A stretch of 45,695 nucleotides of DNA from a virus. Its lineage: Duplodnaviria; Caudoviricetes. The stretch is taken from positions 1 to 45,695 of the IMG/VR virus record IMGVR_UViG_3300037515_000119; one strand, 5' to 3'. Below, in pieces: positions 26,937 through 35,194 of the stretch. Below the pieces are notes generated by a model, which was not told the origin of the DNA, searched no databases, and worked only from the letters and a program-made list of their open reading frames with translations. Within the stretch, counting starts at the first letter, position 1; each line of letters opens with the position of its first letter. A program made the translations under genes and the position numbers.

Positions 26937-27589
26937 TCTCCGTCCTCGCACCGTCGCGGGGAAGGCCGGCAGCACTCCAGGAGATGGCTGACAGCGCCCA
27001 TCAGACAGCGGACGGGCCGGTGGAGATCCTCGCCTACATCGACGACGACGACCCCTCCGACTACAGCCAAGCCGGGGCGGCAATCGTCCGGGGCCCGCGC
27101 ATCACCCTGTCGGACTGTTGGAATCGGCTCGCGGAGAAAGCGTCCGGGGACATTCTGGGGATGGGCGCCGACGACATCCGGTTCCGCACCCCCGGCTGGG
27201 ATTCGCTGATCCGTGGCGTGTTTGACGACTTCACAGATCGGATCGTGTTCGTTCACGGGCGGGACGGGATTCATGACGAGAAGATGGGGACTCACGGGTT
27301 CATATCGCGCAGATGGTTCGAGACGGTCGGCTATTTCACGTGGGGTGAGTTCCCGGCTGACTACGCCGACACGTGGCTGCATGAGTTGGCGGGTCGGATC
27401 GGACGGCGAGCGTTCATCCCTTCGCTGATGATCGAACATTTGCATCCGATCGCGAAGAAAGCGGAGTGGGATCAGACACACGTCGAGCGGCTGGCGCGTG
27501 GCCGTGAGGCGAATGTGGCACAGATTTGGAAGGACACGGAGGATCGTCGGCGGGAGGACGCCGAGAAGCTGGAGGCGGCATGTTTTTAA
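26933..27589 (+). CDS. GT2-like glycosyltransferase
   Basis: ISVLAPSRGRP, IDDDD, GADD, YADTW, IEHLH. Confidence 0.88.
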   Translation: MISVLAPSRGRPAALQEMADSAHQTADGPVEILAYIDDDDPSDYSQAGAAIVRGPRITLSDCWNRLAEKASGDILGMGADDIRFRTPGWDSLIRGVFDDFTDRIVFVHGRDGIHDEKMGTHGFISRRWFETVGYFTWGEFPADYADTWLHELAGRIGRRAFIPSLMIEHLHPIAKKAEWDQTHVERLARGREANVAQIWKDTEDRRREDAEKLEAACF

Positions 27590-28446
27590 TCACCGGGGCG
27601 TCCGGGTTCATCGGCCAGCATCTGGTCAGAGAGTTCGCGGATCGGGACGTGTTCTGTGCGACCGAAGCGAACATGAACCTGCGGAACCCGTCGATGATCG
27701 ATGAGGTGGTCGCGGACCTTCAACCGGAAGTCGTGATCCATCTCGCCGCCAAGACCGAAGTCGCTTGGAGCTTCGACGACTATTTGGACGTGTCGAACGT
27801 CAACTACTTGGGAACCGTTGCTTTGGCGGAGGCTAACCGAAGGCTCAATCCGAACCTTCGCTTGTTTGTGATGGCGTCGACGATGGAAACGTACGGGCAT
27901 CAGGATCATTGGATTCCGTTCACCGAGGCCACCCCACAGTATCCGGCCGCACCGTACGCGGTGGCGAAGGTCGCCTGTGAGAAGTACCTCGATTACATGG
28001 ACTACGCCTACGGGTTTCCGTACACGATCCTCCGCCAAACCAATACGTATGGACGGTCCGACAACGACTTCTTCGTGGTGGAGCGAATTCTGACTCAGAT
28101 GCTGGCGGGTGGTCCGGTGCGCCTGGGTGATCCTGATCCATATCGGAACTTCCTCCACATTGACGATCTGGTCGCCTTGTATCGGCGGGTGGTCGAGGAC
28201 CGTCCGATCGGTGAGACATTTGTGACCGGACCGAACAACGCCCTCCAGATCGATGATCTGGCGTATAGGTGTCGGCGGGTGACCGGCTATCGGGGGGATA
28301 TTGAGTGGCATACGATCCCGAAACGGCCCGGTGAGATCTACTACCTGAACTCGAATCCGGTGAAGGCCGAACGGATGCTCGGATGGACCCCGAAGGTCGA
28401 GCTCGAAGAGGGGCTGGCGCGGACGGCCGACTTGTGGCGGTCCTAG
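27580..28446 (+). CDS. NAD-dependent NDP-sugar epimerase/4,6-dehydratase
   Basis: ITGASGFIG, HLAA, STMETYG, YAVAK (YxxxK), RNFLHIDD. Confidence 0.92.
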   Translation: MFLITGASGFIGQHLVREFADRDVFCATEANMNLRNPSMIDEVVADLQPEVVIHLAAKTEVAWSFDDYLDVSNVNYLGTVALAEANRRLNPNLRLFVMASTMETYGHQDHWIPFTEATPQYPAAPYAVAKVACEKYLDYMDYAYGFPYTILRQTNTYGRSDNDFFVVERILTQMLAGGPVRLGDPDPYRNFLHIDDLVALYRRVVEDRPIGETFVTGPNNALQIDDLAYRCRRVTGYRGDIEWHTIPKRPGEIYYLNSNPVKAERMLGWTPKVELEEGLARTADLWRS

Positions 28447-29015
28447 TCACTGGGACGGGTAGGACCGGAACGTGGTGGCTGACCGAGGCGCTCCGGCTGG
28501 CCGGTGTGAAGGCCGAGCACGAGATTCACTACTCGCTCGACAAGCAAGGCCCGATCCCCGACGGGACGGTAGAAGTGTCATGGCTGGCAGCACCCTTCAC
28601 CCCGGTAGACGTGTGGACGATTCATTTGGTGCGGCATCCGTTGAAGACGATCGCCTCTCGCGCGGCGTGGGGTTCGTTCGGTGGGCCGCAACCGAGGTAT
28701 TCGTATAACCCTCGACCGAAAGGTGACTATGCGATTCGGCATTGTCCGAAGATTGCGGAGGGGACGTCCCCGGTGGAGCGTGCGGCGATTCACTGGGTGG
28801 AATGGAACCGGCTGGTCCAAGCAGACGAGGTTCTGAGACTTGAGGACGTGACCGCGGAGACGGTGCGGGACATCGCCCGACGGGTAGGCGATGCGAGGGT
28901 TCCGAGGTTGCCGAAGCCGACCAACCAGGCACCCAACCCCCCGAAGCTCGTTTGGGCTGACGTGGAGCATGTGGACGGCCTCACGGAGATGGCGGGAAGG
29001 TTCGGATACTTGTGA
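28434..29015 (+). CDS. Sulfotransferase-like protein
   Basis: VTGTGRTGTWWL, HE, EVSW, HLVRHPLKTIAS; paralogous to the C-terminal domain of 25312..26619. Confidence 0.8.
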   Translation: MAVLVTGTGRTGTWWLTEALRLAGVKAEHEIHYSLDKQGPIPDGTVEVSWLAAPFTPVDVWTIHLVRHPLKTIASRAAWGSFGGPQPRYSYNPRPKGDYAIRHCPKIAEGTSPVERAAIHWVEWNRLVQADEVLRLEDVTAETVRDIARRVGDARVPRLPKPTNQAPNPPKLVWADVEHVDGLTEMAGRFGYL

Positions 29016-29680
29016 GGGTCATCATCCCGGCGGCGGGCCTAGGGCTCAGGTTCCGTCGCTACCACGCGCAACGGGACAAGTTCGAGCGGGAAGGGTTCAC
29101 CAAGCATTTCGTCGAGTTGGGTGGGGAGACGATCATCGGCCGGCTCGTCCGACTGTTCTCTGAGCGTGGCGTCGACGACATTTGGATTGTTGGACCGGAC
29201 GAACGGTATGACCTTCCCGGCACCCGGCTGTATGTGCCGACGCAGGTTCCGGAGCATTTCGACGCTAACAAGATCCTGAATTCGTCGGAGCTGTGGGAGG
29301 GGCGGACGGTCGTCTTCTACGGGGACGTGTATCTGACCGACGAGGGCGCTGATCTGGTGGTGGGTGAGACCCGGGAGTGGGTGGCGTTCGGCCGATGGGG
29401 GAATCATCGGTGGACGGGGGCCACGTCTGAACTGTTCGGTTTCGCTTTCGACCCGTCAACGTTCGACGCCAACCGGGAGACGCTGCTTCACATCGCGGGG
29501 ATGAGACGGCGGGGCGAGCTGTCCCGATGTGCAGGCTGGGAGTTCTATTGGGGTCATCATGGGAACCCTCGGAAGTGGGAGATCTATCCGGAGACGTGGT
29601 GTCCGATCGACGACATGTCCGACGACATTGACACTCCGAAGCAGTACAAGGCGATGGTCCGGTGCGTTGGTCAATCCTGA
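29012..29680 (+). CDS. NTP-transferase (sugar/alcohol-phosphate nucleotidyltransferase-like)
   Basis: IIPAAGLGLRF...KH...GETIIGR, YGDV, DDIDTP. Confidence 0.85.
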   Translation: MRVIIPAAGLGLRFRRYHAQRDKFEREGFTKHFVELGGETIIGRLVRLFSERGVDDIWIVGPDERYDLPGTRLYVPTQVPEHFDANKILNSSELWEGRTVVFYGDVYLTDEGADLVVGETREWVAFGRWGNHRWTGATSELFGFAFDPSTFDANRETLLHIAGMRRRGELSRCAGWEFYWGHHGNPRKWEIYPETWCPIDDMSDDIDTPKQYKAMVRCVGQS

Positions 29681-30303
29681 TCGCGTCGCACGTTTCGAGG
29701 GTCGCGTCGCTGTCCCGACTGGCTGACAGTCTGGCACTACAACTTCAGCCGGGAGTGGAAGTGCTGGTGTTATGGAATCGGGGCCGGTTGAGCATCGCCG
29801 AATATCGGGAGGCGCTCGTCTCAGAAGCCCGCGGCGAATGGGTGTCGCATGTTGACGACGACGACCGGGTAGCCAGAGACTTTGTCTCATCGATTCTCGG
29901 AGCGCTGGAATCCGAACCTGATTATGTCGGGTTCGAGGTTGAGGTCCTGGACATTGCGGGGGCGATAGGCCGTAAGGATCGGAAGTGGCGGGCGGTCCAC
30001 TCGTTGACAACGAAACAGTGGCATCAGAAGGACAACGTCTTCTACCGGCATGTGTCCCATCTGAATCCGCTTCGCCGTGACCTGGCATTGCAGGGGGTTT
30101 GGTCTGGACCGTATTCGGAGGATCATCGGTGGGCGGATTCGGTGATCGCGCATGTGAAAACCGAAGTGTTCATCCCGCGGACCTTGTACTTCTACGACTT
30201 CAACCAGGCCGCCTCGGTTCGCAGCCAGAAGCATGACCCCCGGAAGGCGACGCGGCCGGTGCTGCCTGACGGGTTCCGCTACCACCCTGATTCGGAGGAC
30301 TGA
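29662..30303 (+). CDS. GT2-like glycosyltransferase
   Basis: WSILIAS...R, ARGEWVSHVDDDD, HLNP, SED..W, LYFY. Confidence 0.88.
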   Translation: MRWSILIASHVSRVASLSRLADSLALQLQPGVEVLVLWNRGRLSIAEYREALVSEARGEWVSHVDDDDRVARDFVSSILGALESEPDYVGFEVEVLDIAGAIGRKDRKWRAVHSLTTKQWHQKDNVFYRHVSHLNPLRRDLALQGVWSGPYSEDHRWADSVIAHVKTEVFIPRTLYFYDFNQAASVRSQKHDPRKATRPVLPDGFRYHPDSED

Positions 30304-30437
30304 TGGAATACCTTTCTGTGACCTGTGAGCTCGCTTCGGGTCAGACGGTCATCTTGGACATCCCCTACACCGAGGCCGACGACCACGACGAAACGTGGAT
30401 GCTGTTCGACCTGTTCAACCGCGCCGTCGGCGCATAA
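30303..30437 (+). CDS. Small hypothetical protein
   Basis: GGAGG SD, TGATG overlap. Confidence 0.5.
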   Translation: MEYLSVTCELASGQTVILDIPYTEADDHDETWMLFDLFNRAVGA

Positions 30438-30446
30438 GGAGAAACC

Positions 30447-30842
30447 ATGGCATTGGCATACATTGAGGCACTTCGCCACGCCCAATTAGATGAGATCACC
30501 GCGCAGGCCGGCGCGTCAGCTCTGCTCCGCATCTATGACGGGTCCCGCCCCGCCACTGGCGGCGCGGCCACCACGCTGCTCGCAGAGCTGACGTGCAACG
30601 CCACCTTCGCCCCGGCCGCTTCGGGTGGAGATTTGACGCTGAATGCGATCGCTGACGACACGTCCGCGGACGCCACCGGTACGGCCACATGGTTCAGGAT
30701 CGTCCAGTCGGACGGATCGACGCATGTGATGGACGGCGACGTTGGAACGTCGGGGTCGGATCTGAACCTGAACTCGGTTTCCATCGTCACCGGTGGGACG
30801 GTAGAGGTCACGTCGTTCGTCATCACCGCCGGTAACGCCTGA
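30447..30842 (+). CDS. Putative virion structural protein (fibre/decoration-associated)
   Basis: LRIYDGSRPA...LAEL...GTATWFRI...DGDVG; TAAGGAG SD; A/T/G/S-rich. Confidence 0.6.
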   Translation: MALAYIEALRHAQLDEITAQAGASALLRIYDGSRPATGGAATTLLAELTCNATFAPAASGGDLTLNAIADDTSADATGTATWFRIVQSDGSTHVMDGDVGTSGSDLNLNSVSIVTGGTVEVTSFVITAGNA

Positions 30843-30844
30843 GC

Positions 30845-31114
30845 GTGCTCCCGGTCCGTTCGTGGACCGTGTTCTACGCCGATGGCTCAACCTTCACTTC
30901 AGTTGAAGGTTCGTGGGCTGAGGCTCCGCCGTTCGGGGTGCAGGCTGTCGTCTACTACCACGCCCCGGCAGGGGTGACGGTTCAGGGCGACAACGAGGTC
31001 TACTACTACCTGGGGAATGAGGCCGGGGGGAAGCCGTGGAAGATGGGCCTGTGGACTGACGGAGAGTCGTACTGGCGGGTCCATGACCTCGTGAGCAAGG
31101 CGGTGAGTCCGTGA
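30845..31114 (+). CDS. Hypothetical protein
   Basis: W..FYADGSTF...W..AP..GVQ; coupled to next gene. Confidence 0.6.
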   Translation: MLPVRSWTVFYADGSTFTSVEGSWAEAPPFGVQAVVYYHAPAGVTVQGDNEVYYYLGNEAGGKPWKMGLWTDGESYWRVHDLVSKAVSP

Positions 31115-32439
31115 GCACCCCCTACTTCCTCACCTCGTCGGGTACGTTGGTCGACAGCGCCCCCGCTACTACCACGCAGAGCATCGACACGGCCGTTGGT
31201 GCCACCACCGACACGCCGTACTCCCACGCGGACGCCCCGTCCACGGATGGGATCACGGGAGACTACGCGGCAGCCGTCGTTATCTCGGTCGCCACGACAG
31301 ACCATCAAATATCGGTCGCTTGGGCCAGGTTGAACTCGGGCGGTACCCCACAATCAACGTCGTCGTTCACTGACGAGCAGACATCGGCGGTCGGGACACT
31401 GGACTTTGCGGCTACGTCGGTGGACCTGGGAACGTGGGCGTCAGGGGACCGGCTGCGAATCATCGTCCGCACCAGGGACACCCGGACGATGGGCGGCGGC
31501 ACCAAGACCACCACCTACAACATCGGTTCGGCCGGTTCGACAACGACAGCACCGTGGGACACCGCCATTCCCACAATCTCGGGAACGCTGGCGGAAACCC
31601 AGGACGACCAAACGTCTACCGCTTCGGGTGCGCACACGGCTCCGACCTTCACCGGGACGCTCGCGGAAACCCAGGACGCACAAACCTCGGACGCGTCGGG
31701 AACGTTCACTCTCCCGACCATCTCGGGAACTTTGGCGGAAACCCAGGACGATCAGACGGCCGCCGCGTCCGGTACGCATACGAACCCGACGATCTCGGGG
31801 ACGGCCGCTGTCACCGAAGACGACGACACCGCCACCGCTTCCGGGACACATACCGCCCCGACATTCTCGGGGACCGTCGCGGAGACCCAGGACGATCAGA
31901 CCGGAAGCGCCTCGGGAACACACACCCCTCCGGTGTTCTCTGGGACGCTCGCAGAGACCCAAGCAGACCAAACATCGTCGGCGTCGGGAACACATACCAA
32001 CCCGACTATCTCGGGAACGCTGGCTGAAACTCAGGACGCTCAGACATCGACCGCGTCGGGGACGTTCACCAGTTCGACCATCAGTGGGACGGTCGCCGTC
32101 ACCGAAGCCGACGACGTGTCAAGCGCGGAGGGGTCGCATACCCCACCGAACTTCGCCGGGACCCTGGCGGAGACTCAAGAGAATCAGACGGTTGAGGCGT
32201 CCGGCACGTTCACTGCCCCGGTGTTCTCCGGATCGGTGGCTGTAACCCAAGCAGACGACACGTCCACCGCTACCGGAACGATCGTCAACTTCTACACGGG
32301 CACGCTCGCTGTTACCCAGGACGATCAGACGGCTTCGGCTTCCGGGACGAGGACAACCGGGGTGGCCCCGTTCGCATATACGAGGACGCCGATCCCACAC
32401 TCAAGCAACCCGATTCCTTACACGCCGATAGGAGGCTGA
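31111..32439 (+). CDS. Ser/Thr-rich repeat fibre protein (putative head fibre)
   Basis: Globular N-terminus then 11 repeats of ~24 aa. Confidence 0.7.
   Translation: MSTPYFLTSSGTLVDSAPATTTQSIDTAVGATTDTPYSHADAPSTDGITGDYAAAVVISVATTDHQISVAWARLNSGGTPQSTSSFTDEQTSAVGTLDFAATSVDLGTWASGDRLRIIVRTRDTRTMGGGTKTTTYNIGSAGSTTTAPWDTAIPTISGTLAETQDDQTSTASGAHTAPTFTGTLAETQDAQTSDASGTFTLPTISGTLAETQDDQTAAASGTHTNPTISGTAAVTEDDDTATASGTHTAPTFSGTVAETQDDQTGSASGTHTPPVFSGTLAETQADQTSSASGTHTNPTISGTLAETQDAQTSTASGTFTSSTISGTVAVTEADDVSSAEGSHTPPNFAGTLAETQENQTVEASGTFTAPVFSGSVAVTQADDTSTATGTIVNFYTGTLAVTQDDQTASASGTRTTGVAPFAYTRTPIPHSSNPIPYTPIGG
31570..32358 (+). repeat. Degenerate 72-bp coding tandem repeat, 11 units
   Basis: Consensus PT(I/F)SGTLAETQDDQTxxASGT(H/F)Tx. 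Confidence 0.9.
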
Positions 32440-32442
32440 TCA

Positions 32443-33048
32443 GTGGCCCTCTGCACACAGGCCGACGTCGAATACCGGCTTCAAATCACCTTCGACAATG
32501 ATCCGGACGATGGGATCACCGCGCTGATCGCCGCCGCCACGGGTCATATTGAACGGGAGGCCGACCGGTTCGCCAGTCTTGAGGATGGGGCACGGACGGA
32601 GACGTTCGACGCTCCCGAGTCCCCGGCGATCTGGCTGCGTCACACCCCGGTGAATTCGATCACATCGATAACGGTGGATGGGACGGCACTCACATCGAGC
32701 CAGTACAAGTTCACGGCTGCCGGGCGGGTGATCCGTATCGCGGGCGGTCGGGAACGATCGTGGTCGACGGCGAAGATTCAGACGGTTGTCGTCGTGTACG
32801 ACGGCGGATACGCGACGGTCCCCGCTGATCTGACCGACATCTGTGCGCGGTCTGTGGCGCGTGCGTTCCAAGCGGGCGCAGGGTACGCGTCGGTGCCGGC
32901 GTCGGCTGCGGGCATCAAACAGGTGGCTTTGCAGGGGTCGGATTCGGTGACGTTCGACAAGACCGCGTCCGACGTGACCTCCGCCGTGTTCCTCACTGAC
33001 GACGAGAAGGAAGTTGCCAGGACCTACCGGAACATGGTGGTCGCGTGA
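32443..33048 (+). CDS. Head-to-tail adaptor
   Basis: ALCTQADV, LIAAAT..IE, L..TPV.SI, V.YDGGY..VPADL. Confidence 0.8.
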   Translation: MALCTQADVEYRLQITFDNDPDDGITALIAAATGHIEREADRFASLEDGARTETFDAPESPAIWLRHTPVNSITSITVDGTALTSSQYKFTAAGRVIRIAGGRERSWSTAKIQTVVVVYDGGYATVPADLTDICARSVARAFQAGAGYASVPASAAGIKQVALQGSDSVTFDKTASDVTSAVFLTDDEKEVARTYRNMVVA

Positions 33049-33434
33049 GCATCGCCACCGACCTCGCCACCCTTTTCCGCACCCTGTGGGCTGACAGGTT
33101 CGAGGACTCTTGCGTTGTCAAAGCCATCTCGGGCGAGACACTGAACACCACCACCGGTTCCTACGTCGTCACCTACTCGACCTCCTATTCGGGTGCGTGT
33201 CTGGTTCGACCGCGTGACCGGACCGATGCGGTCGCAGGCGAAGACCAGCATGAGCTCCGCTGGTACAACGTGTACATCCCGTACACGACCACTTCGGCGT
33301 CCGTGGGGGATCTGGTGGATGTGACCTCCACCTCGGACTCGTGGCTCAGCGGCCGACAACTCATCGTGAGGAACATCGTGGGTGACACGTACAACCATCG
33401 CCGCCAGTTGGAATGCGAGGACGACCTTGGCTAG
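33045..33434 (+). CDS. Head closure/stopper (DUF6093-like)
   Basis: D.C.V...TG...YSGAC.V...VGD.V; synteny. Confidence 0.7.
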   Translation: MSIATDLATLFRTLWADRFEDSCVVKAISGETLNTTTGSYVVTYSTSYSGACLVRPRDRTDAVAGEDQHELRWYNVYIPYTTTSASVGDLVDVTSTSDSWLSGRQLIVRNIVGDTYNHRRQLECEDDLG

Positions 33435-33849
33435 ACCCAGAGCGTCACGGTCCAAAGCGAAGATTGACACTTCCGGGATCGAGAACTTTGAGCGTCGCCT
33501 TCACGCGGCAGCCAAAGAGATCGAGAAGGAAGGCATGGTTTGGAAGGAGAAGTACGGGGAACGCTGGGCGGAAGAAATGCGCACCCACGTCGCCTATTCG
33601 GACGGGTCCAACAGGATGACCCGACGGTACGGGCATCTTCGCGACAACATTGAACAGGTCGAACCGGGCGGGATCACGTTCGGCGGCTCCTACTGGTGGC
33701 TGTTCCTTGAACGGGGAACGTCGCGGATGGCTCCCCGACCGTTCGTGAAACCGGCGATGAAGAAGATTCGTACGCCTGCCCGTAAGGAGATCGCGGAGCG
33801 TGCCGTCGACATCCTTTCCAACGCCCCCCAGTCAAGGTGGAGGCGATGA
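33427..33849 (+). CDS. HK97 gp10-like neck protein
   Basis: GHLRDNI, YW.FLERGTSRMAPRPFVKPA. Confidence 0.85.
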   Translation: MARPRASRSKAKIDTSGIENFERRLHAAAKEIEKEGMVWKEKYGERWAEEMRTHVAYSDGSNRMTRRYGHLRDNIEQVEPGGITFGGSYWWLFLERGTSRMAPRPFVKPAMKKIRTPARKEIAERAVDILSNAPQSRWRR

Positions 33850-34253
33850 CCTACACCGCCCATGATCCCCGCCTGTTCTACGATGCGATTCTCGCCAGGC
33901 TCACCGCGCAGTCCGTTCCTCGTGGTCTCGGTGAGAAGCCGTCGGGTGATCCACCGTACGCGGTGATCTTCCCGTTGGACGAGGATGGCGACCCCACCGA
34001 AGTCGGAACCCTGTCAGACGCCCACGAATCAACATGGTTCTCGTTCCGGATCTTCTCGGTGGGCACGTCGGGGGAGCAGGCGTTGTGGGAGCAGCAGAAG
34101 GTACGTGCCGCGCTGCTTGGGTTCAAGCCCACCGTCTCCGGGCTGACCCTCGGTGTGATTGAACGTGACGGCGGGTTCGGGCTCCGACGGGACGACGACG
34201 TGCAGCCTGCCATCTTCGACGTGGCCGACGACTTCCGCGTATTCGCTAGCTGA
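33846..34253 (+). CDS. Tail terminator
   Basis: PPYAVIFP, SVG...EQA, RDDDVQP; synteny. Confidence 0.75.
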   Translation: MTYTAHDPRLFYDAILARLTAQSVPRGLGEKPSGDPPYAVIFPLDEDGDPTEVGTLSDAHESTWFSFRIFSVGTSGEQALWEQQKVRAALLGFKPTVSGLTLGVIERDGGFGLRRDDDVQPAIFDVADDFRVFAS

Positions 34254-34268
34254 CCAAAAGGCGGTTCC

Positions 34269-34919
34269 ATGACATCGGTGAGAGAGATACTCGCGCGCTA
34301 CAAACCATCAGAACGGAAAGTTCCTGTCCTACTGGACGGGGAGATTTCAGCGCAGATAGACGACGTGACCCAGCGTCTCGCCCGCGTGAAGAAGGCCGAA
34401 CAACGTAACGATCCAGGGTTGCGATCGAAGGTCCCCGCACTCGAAGCCGAACTTGCAGATCTCGAAGCGAAAGCCGTGGACGCCACGACTTTGTTCACTG
34501 TCCGGTCCATGCCGGGCGGTGACTACGACGCGCTAGAAGTCAAGTATCCGCCGACGCAGGCACAGTGGGACAAGTTCAAATCTGTTGCCGAAGTGTCCCC
34601 CATGTTCGCTACCCCGCCGAGGGTTGATGCGGACGCGATGGCTCCGCTGCTGGTCGCTGCGTGTCTGGTCGCTGCGGACGGGGAACCAATCTCTTGGCCA
34701 GAGGATGAGGAAGCCCTCGAAAAGGAAGCTCGCCTGCTGTGGTCCACGCTGCATGAGGGCGCACGATCCGATCTGTTGGAGGCTGTCTATCAGGTGAACA
34801 ACCGGAGGACGGGTCGCCCTTTATCCGAGAGCGGCTTCGACGGGACCCTGAGTTCGCCGGACGAGTCGCCTACTCCGCCGGACACGGAATCCCCTACAGC
34901 GTCTTTAGCGGACGAGTAG
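34269..34919 (+). CDS. Tail assembly chaperone (short form)
   Basis: Precedes tape measure; slippery CCCTTTA near the 3' end. Confidence 0.8.
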   Translation: MTSVREILARYKPSERKVPVLLDGEISAQIDDVTQRLARVKKAEQRNDPGLRSKVPALEAELADLEAKAVDATTLFTVRSMPGGDYDALEVKYPPTQAQWDKFKSVAEVSPMFATPPRVDADAMAPLLVAACLVAADGEPISWPEDEEALEKEARLLWSTLHEGARSDLLEAVYQVNNRRTGRPLSESGFDGTLSSPDESPTPPDTESPTASLADE

Positions 34920-35194
34920 TCGCCGACGGCGAGGCTGTCTGGCTGCCCGAGGACCGGGACATTGCTCTGGTCTGGCAGCACGAACAGAACCTGAAATGTC
35001 CTTCGTGTGGGACGGCTGATTGGGAGTGGGACGAAAACCCTGACGCCTGGTTCGCCGACACGTGGACGTGTGAGGGCTGTCGCCGCCGTGACGTGAAATC
35101 CCAGGAGCTTCAGGACTCGTACCGCGGGATGAACCATCCGGCCGGAATGGCAGGCAAACAGATCCGCATGTTCCGCACCGCAAGGGAGGATTAG
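34817..35194 (+). CDS. Tail assembly chaperone -1 frameshift extension
   Basis: C CCT TTA at 34817-34823 opens a start-less frame IRERLRRDPEF...WLPEDRDIAL...CPSCG...CEGC ending next to the TMP ATG. Confidence 0.8.
   Translation, partial: PFIRERLRRDPEFAGRVAYSAGHGIPYSVFSGRVVADGEAVWLPEDRDIALVWQHEQNLKCPSCGTADWEWDENPDAWFADTWTCEGCRRRDVKSQELQDSYRGMNHPAGMAGKQIRMFRTARED

Noticed and set aside
31570-32358. Possible CRISPR array or DGR repeat
   Set aside because: Degenerate in-frame 72-bp coding repeats without spacers; no cas or reverse transcriptase gene in the window
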